NCBI GenBank assembly: GCA_031556035.1
Contig: JAVBTT010000024.1
Location: forward strand, 38 to 64,037
DNA from: Oscillospiraceae bacterium
GTDB lineage: Bacteria > Bacillota > Clostridia > Oscillospirales > UBA929
DNA length: 64,000 nt
Direction: 5' to 3'
The position numbers and the translations under genes are program-made. Positions 60,470-64,000 of this stretch are shown piece after piece. Below the pieces are notes generated by a model. It was not told the DNA's origin. It worked only from the letters and a program-made list of their open reading frames with translations, and ran no database searches. Position 1 is the stretch's first letter. The number at the start of each line of letters is the position of its first letter.

Positions 60470-61047
60470 ACGGGTTGAGAATAGGCTTTGCGATGTGCGG
60501 CTCGTTCTGCACGTTCGCAGCCGCTGCGCCGCAAATCGAGGAACTTGTAAAAGCGGGCGCCGAGGTATACCCGATCCTTTCGGAGACGGCGTATTCGACG
60601 GACACCCGCTTCGGCATGGCAAGCGAATGGATTGAGAAAATTGAAGGACTCAGCGGCAGGGAGATAATACACACGATACCGCAGGCTGAGCCGATAGGCC
60701 CGAAGAAGCTTCTGGACGTGATCGTTGTCGCCCCCTGTACCGGCAACACACTGGGCAAGCTGGCCAGTGGCATAACCGATTCAAGCGTTACGATGGCGTG
60801 CAAGGCGCATCTGCGCAATCAGCGGCCCGTCGTGCTGGCTGTATCGACCAACGATGGTCTGGCCACAGCCGCCAGGGCGATAGGCGAGCTTATGGCGCGG
60901 AAAAACGTCTACTTCGTGCCGTACCGCCAGGACGATTTCGCGAAAAAGCCGAATTCTCTGGTGGCTGAGCTGTCACTTATCCCGGACGCCGTCACGGCAG
61001 CGACACAGGGGCATCAGCTGCAGCCTGTGCTGCTGTGTCCCCTGTGA
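60466..61047 (+). CDS. spoVFB: Dipicolinate synthase subunit B
   Basis: CGSFCT, DTRFG, EPIGP, APCTGNT, STNDGL, KPNSL. Confidence 0.92.
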   Translation: MNGLRIGFAMCGSFCTFAAAAPQIEELVKAGAEVYPILSETAYSTDTRFGMASEWIEKIEGLSGREIIHTIPQAEPIGPKKLLDVIVVAPCTGNTLGKLASGITDSSVTMACKAHLRNQRPVVLAVSTNDGLATAARAIGELMARKNVYFVPYRQDDFAKKPNSLVAELSLIPDAVTAATQGHQLQPVLLCPL

Positions 61048-61966
61048 CGCCCAGCAGATACTTGGCGAACGGGCTGTCGAGCGGGATCACAAAGGTCGAG
61101 CTTTTGCCGACGGTCGTCTTATAGGTTTCAAGCAGATTGTAGAACTCAAAAAACTCGGGATCGGAGCCGTAAGCCTCGTTGAAGATGCGAGCGGCCTCCT
61201 GGTCGCCATCGCCCTTAATGATCTCCGCGTCGCGCTTTGCCTCGGAGGTGATGGAGATGACCTCGCGGTCCGTTTCTGAACGGATGCGGATAGAGGTCTC
61301 GTCGCCCTCCGAGCGGTGCTGCGCGGCGATCTTTTGGCGCTCGGTGTTCATGCGGTTGTAGATGCTCTCATAGGTGCCGCTTGGAAGGTCGGTGCGCTTG
61401 ATGCGGACGTCGATGACGTTGACCCCGAAGGAATGGCAGTCCACGCTGACTGTGTCGGAGAGCTCTACCAGCATGTCGCCCACGACGGCCTTGTCGGTTA
61501 TCAGCGTGTGCGAGAGCATCTGGCCTACGCGCTCATTCATGCGCGAGTAAAGGATGTCGTCGATGCGGGTCTGCGCCGTCTGCATGTTGTTGTAGGCCTT
61601 GTAGAAACGCAGCGGATTGTCTATACGCCACTGGGCGCTGTTGTCGAAGTACAGAGTGCGCTTATCCGACGTGATAACCTCGCGCGGCGGGGTGTCGTAG
61701 CTTATGAGCCTGGAGGTGTATTTTATGGGGTTGTCCAGAAACGGCACCTTGAGCTTTATGCCGGTGCCCTCGTGGATCGGGATGTTTTCCCCGTCGGCCT
61801 CCATCTGCGCCCTGAGCTCGGGGGTGGCGGTTTTCACATATACGGCGTGTATGCGGCCGAAACGCTGCATGATCGCGGACTCGCCCTCCTCAAGGGTGAA
61901 GAAGCAGTTCGTGAGGACAATGAGCGCGACAACGGCGACGACTCCAATGATTATCCACTTTTTCAT
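60992..61966 (-). CDS. hflC: FtsH modulator HflC (SPFH)
   Basis: TSDKRTL, DVRIKRTDLP, RMNTER, DPEFFEFY. Confidence 0.9.
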   Translation of the reverse strand: MKKWIIIGVVAVVALIVLTNCFFTLEEGESAIMQRFGRIHAVYVKTATPELRAQMEADGENIPIHEGTGIKLKVPFLDNPIKYTSRLISYDTPPREVITSDKRTLYFDNSAQWRIDNPLRFYKAYNNMQTAQTRIDDILYSRMNERVGQMLSHTLITDKAVVGDMLVELSDTVSVDCHSFGVNVIDVRIKRTDLPSGTYESIYNRMNTERQKIAAQHRSEGDETSIRIRSETDREVISITSEAKRDAEIIKGDGDQEAARIFNEAYGSDPEFFEFYNLLETYKTTVGKSSTFVIPLDSPFAKYLLGVTGDTAAQAAADAPVSLP

Positions 61967-61969
61967 GCC

Positions 61970-62974
61970 TTAACCTCCCGCTCCCGCTGTCGTGGAACCG
62001 CTTACAAGGGGAAGAAATTCCAGAAGATTGCTGCCCTTGTCCACAAAATAGACCTTGTCGACGCCCGGAAGCACGTCTCTTATCATCTCGAGGTACATCC
62101 TGGTGCGCATGACTCCGGGCTGCTTGCGGTACTCAAGCTCAATGGCCTTGTAACGCGCGACAGCGCCGGTGGCTTCGTTGATGCGCTGCGACTTGTAGGC
62201 CTCCGCCTCGTTTATAAGGGCCGCCGCCTCACCGCGGGCTACCGGAAGGTTTTCGTTCTCATAACGGCGGGCCTCGTTTTCCTTCGCGTTCTTGTCCTCC
62301 AACGCGCGTGTCACGTCCAGGAACGCCTCTTGCACCTCGTCTGGAGGGGAAGCGTCCTGGAGCTGGACGGCCGTAATAGTGATTCCCATCTCGTATTTGT
62401 TGCAGATGTCCTGCAAGTCCTTCAGGATTTCGCGCTGCATATCGTCCTTGCGGTTCGTCAGGATGTCGTCCAGCGGGTGCGCCGCCGTCACGCGCCGGTA
62501 GGCTGATTCGGATATCGCCTGCAGCACCTTGATCGGGTCTTCCACCTTGAAAAGGTAGTTGTAGCTGTCGGAGATACGATACTGAACGACCCAGTCGGCC
62601 AGCACGAGGTTTTCCTCCTGTGTCAGCATGAGGGCCTGGCTTGTGAACTCGGTCAGCGTGTTCGGGTCGTTGTTGGCCTGTGACCCGAATTGCAGGCGTT
62701 CGATGCGCTCCACGTTGACCTTGTGCCTCGTCTCCGCGAAGGGAATCTTGAACTGAAGGCCGGGGGTTTTTACGGTTCGCTCGTACTTGCCCCAGCGGGT
62801 TATGACGGCCTCCTCGCCCGAGTTCAGCGTGTAAATCCCGCCGAACGCGATAATGAGAGCCGCGACGACGATTACAGCCAGCAACCCGAAGCGCCCCAGC
62901 CAGTTCGCTGTCTTTTTGCGGATGTCCCTGTATTCCGGGGGCTGCGAACCGCCCGGAGGGGTGTTTTCATACAT
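61970..62974 (-). CDS. hflK: FtsH modulator HflK (SPFH)
   Basis: MLTQEEN, PPDEVQEAF.DV, RTRMYLE. Confidence 0.9.
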   Translation of the reverse strand: MYENTPPGGSQPPEYRDIRKKTANWLGRFGLLAVIVVAALIIAFGGIYTLNSGEEAVITRWGKYERTVKTPGLQFKIPFAETRHKVNVERIERLQFGSQANNDPNTLTEFTSQALMLTQEENLVLADWVVQYRISDSYNYLFKVEDPIKVLQAISESAYRRVTAAHPLDDILTNRKDDMQREILKDLQDICNKYEMGITITAVQLQDASPPDEVQEAFLDVTRALEDKNAKENEARRYENENLPVARGEAAALINEAEAYKSQRINEATGAVARYKAIELEYRKQPGVMRTRMYLEMIRDVLPGVDKVYFVDKGSNLLEFLPLVSGSTTAGAGG

Positions 62975-62994
62975 GTGCTTCGCCTCCCGCTATT

Positions 62995-63909
62995 TTATAT
63001 AGAGTCCAGGTTATACGGAGTTGCCTGGTAGACATAATAGTTGAGCCAATTAGAGTAAAGCAGATGCCCGTGGCTTCGCCAGGTCTTTCGCGGCGGCAGC
63101 TCGGGGTTGTCGCCGGGGAAATAGTTATAGGGCGGCTCGGGATTAAGTCCCTTGCTGACATCGCGCATGTATTCGAGGGAAAGGGTTTCCGCGTCGTATT
63201 CGGAGTGGCCTGTGGCGAATATATGACGGCCGTCCCTGCTTATCGCGAGATACACTCCCGCCGTCCCAGAGGTCGCCAGCAGCTTCAGCTCCGGGCAGGC
63301 AAGCACGTCCTCCTTCCTGACCTCGGTGTGGCGCGAGTGCGGGGCCCGAAAGGTGTCGTCAAAGCCACGGACAAGCGGGCAGCTTTTATCCAGCAGATCG
63401 TGCTCGAAAACTCCAAAGAGCTTGCGGGGCAGGGAGTACTTTTGAATTCCGTAGTGGTAGTAAAGCCCTGCCTGCGCACCCCAGCATATGTGAAAGACTG
63501 AAAACACATTTGACCTGGACCAGTCCATGATCTCGCAGAGCTCGGGCCAGTAATCTACCGACTCAAAAGGTATGCTCTCAACAGGCGCGCCAGTGATTAT
63601 AAGACCGTCGTATCGATTGTCCTTTACCTTGCCAAAGGTGGTATAATGGGCCAGAAGATGCTCCTCAGGCGTATTTTTAGAGGTATAGGATGAGGTTTGA
63701 AGCAGCTCCACCTCAACCTGGAGGGGGGAGTTGGAAAGATATCTGAGAAGCTGGGTTTCAGTTGCGATTTTGGTGGGCATCAAATTTAATATAAGGAGCT
63801 TGAGCGGTCGTATATCCTGGTGGATAGCGCGCTGCTCGGTCATGACGAATATGTTCTCGTTTTCCAGTACGCTTCTGGCTGGCAGCGACTCGTTTATTTT
63901 TATAGGCAT
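62995..63909 (-). CDS. metA: Homoserine O-acyltransferase, likely acetyltransferase
   Basis: [23 protein letters not shown]; GAPVE (Glu) is the acetyl-CoA-type determinant. Confidence 0.93.
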   Translation of the reverse strand: MPIKINESLPARSVLENENIFVMTEQRAIHQDIRPLKLLILNLMPTKIATETQLLRYLSNSPLQVEVELLQTSSYTSKNTPEEHLLAHYTTFGKVKDNRYDGLIITGAPVESIPFESVDYWPELCEIMDWSRSNVFSVFHICWGAQAGLYYHYGIQKYSLPRKLFGVFEHDLLDKSCPLVRGFDDTFRAPHSRHTEVRKEDVLACPELKLLATSGTAGVYLAISRDGRHIFATGHSEYDAETLSLEYMRDVSKGLNPEPPYNYFPGDNPELPPRKTWRSHGHLLYSNWLNYYVYQATPYNLDSI

Positions 63910-64000
63910 AGCGCACCTCCTGGATATTAGTCACTATAAGGACAGATGAAAATTCAACGTAAATACTATTTACTATGGCAGTATATCATTATGTGGGGAA

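Overview
A GC-rich chromosomal segment from an endospore-forming Clostridia bacterium (Oscillospiraceae-like by gene content; this assignment is inference). Housekeeping blocks: pyrC-pyrF-pyrK-pyrD, argGHCJBD plus a degenerate argF, gpsA, mtnA, htrA, three OmpR-type two-component systems, spoVFA/B, hflKC and metA. Accessory surface functions: a >1,949-aa modular adhesin-like protein that runs off the left edge (absent from the ORF track), transcribed divergently from a ~12-TM/LuxR one-component regulator; a 2,165-aa double PL11-type lyase; a split transcobalamin-like SLH/DUF4430 pair; and tandem paralogous secreted proteins with an ABC exporter and TCS. No rRNA, tRNA, CRISPR array or transposase gene was seen. 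The intergenic DNA holds at least five families of small non-coding repeats. The most striking is a structured 80-155 bp element (AAGAGCGGAGCC...GAGCTTGACA, 5 copies) with covarying stems, GAA/AAA triloops, a CTTG/ACA motif resembling a rolling-circle nick site, and head-to-tail restarts. Other highlights are an apparently uncharacterised ~170-aa module shared by the two giant secreted proteins and an ArgF that has lost its ornithine-binding residues.
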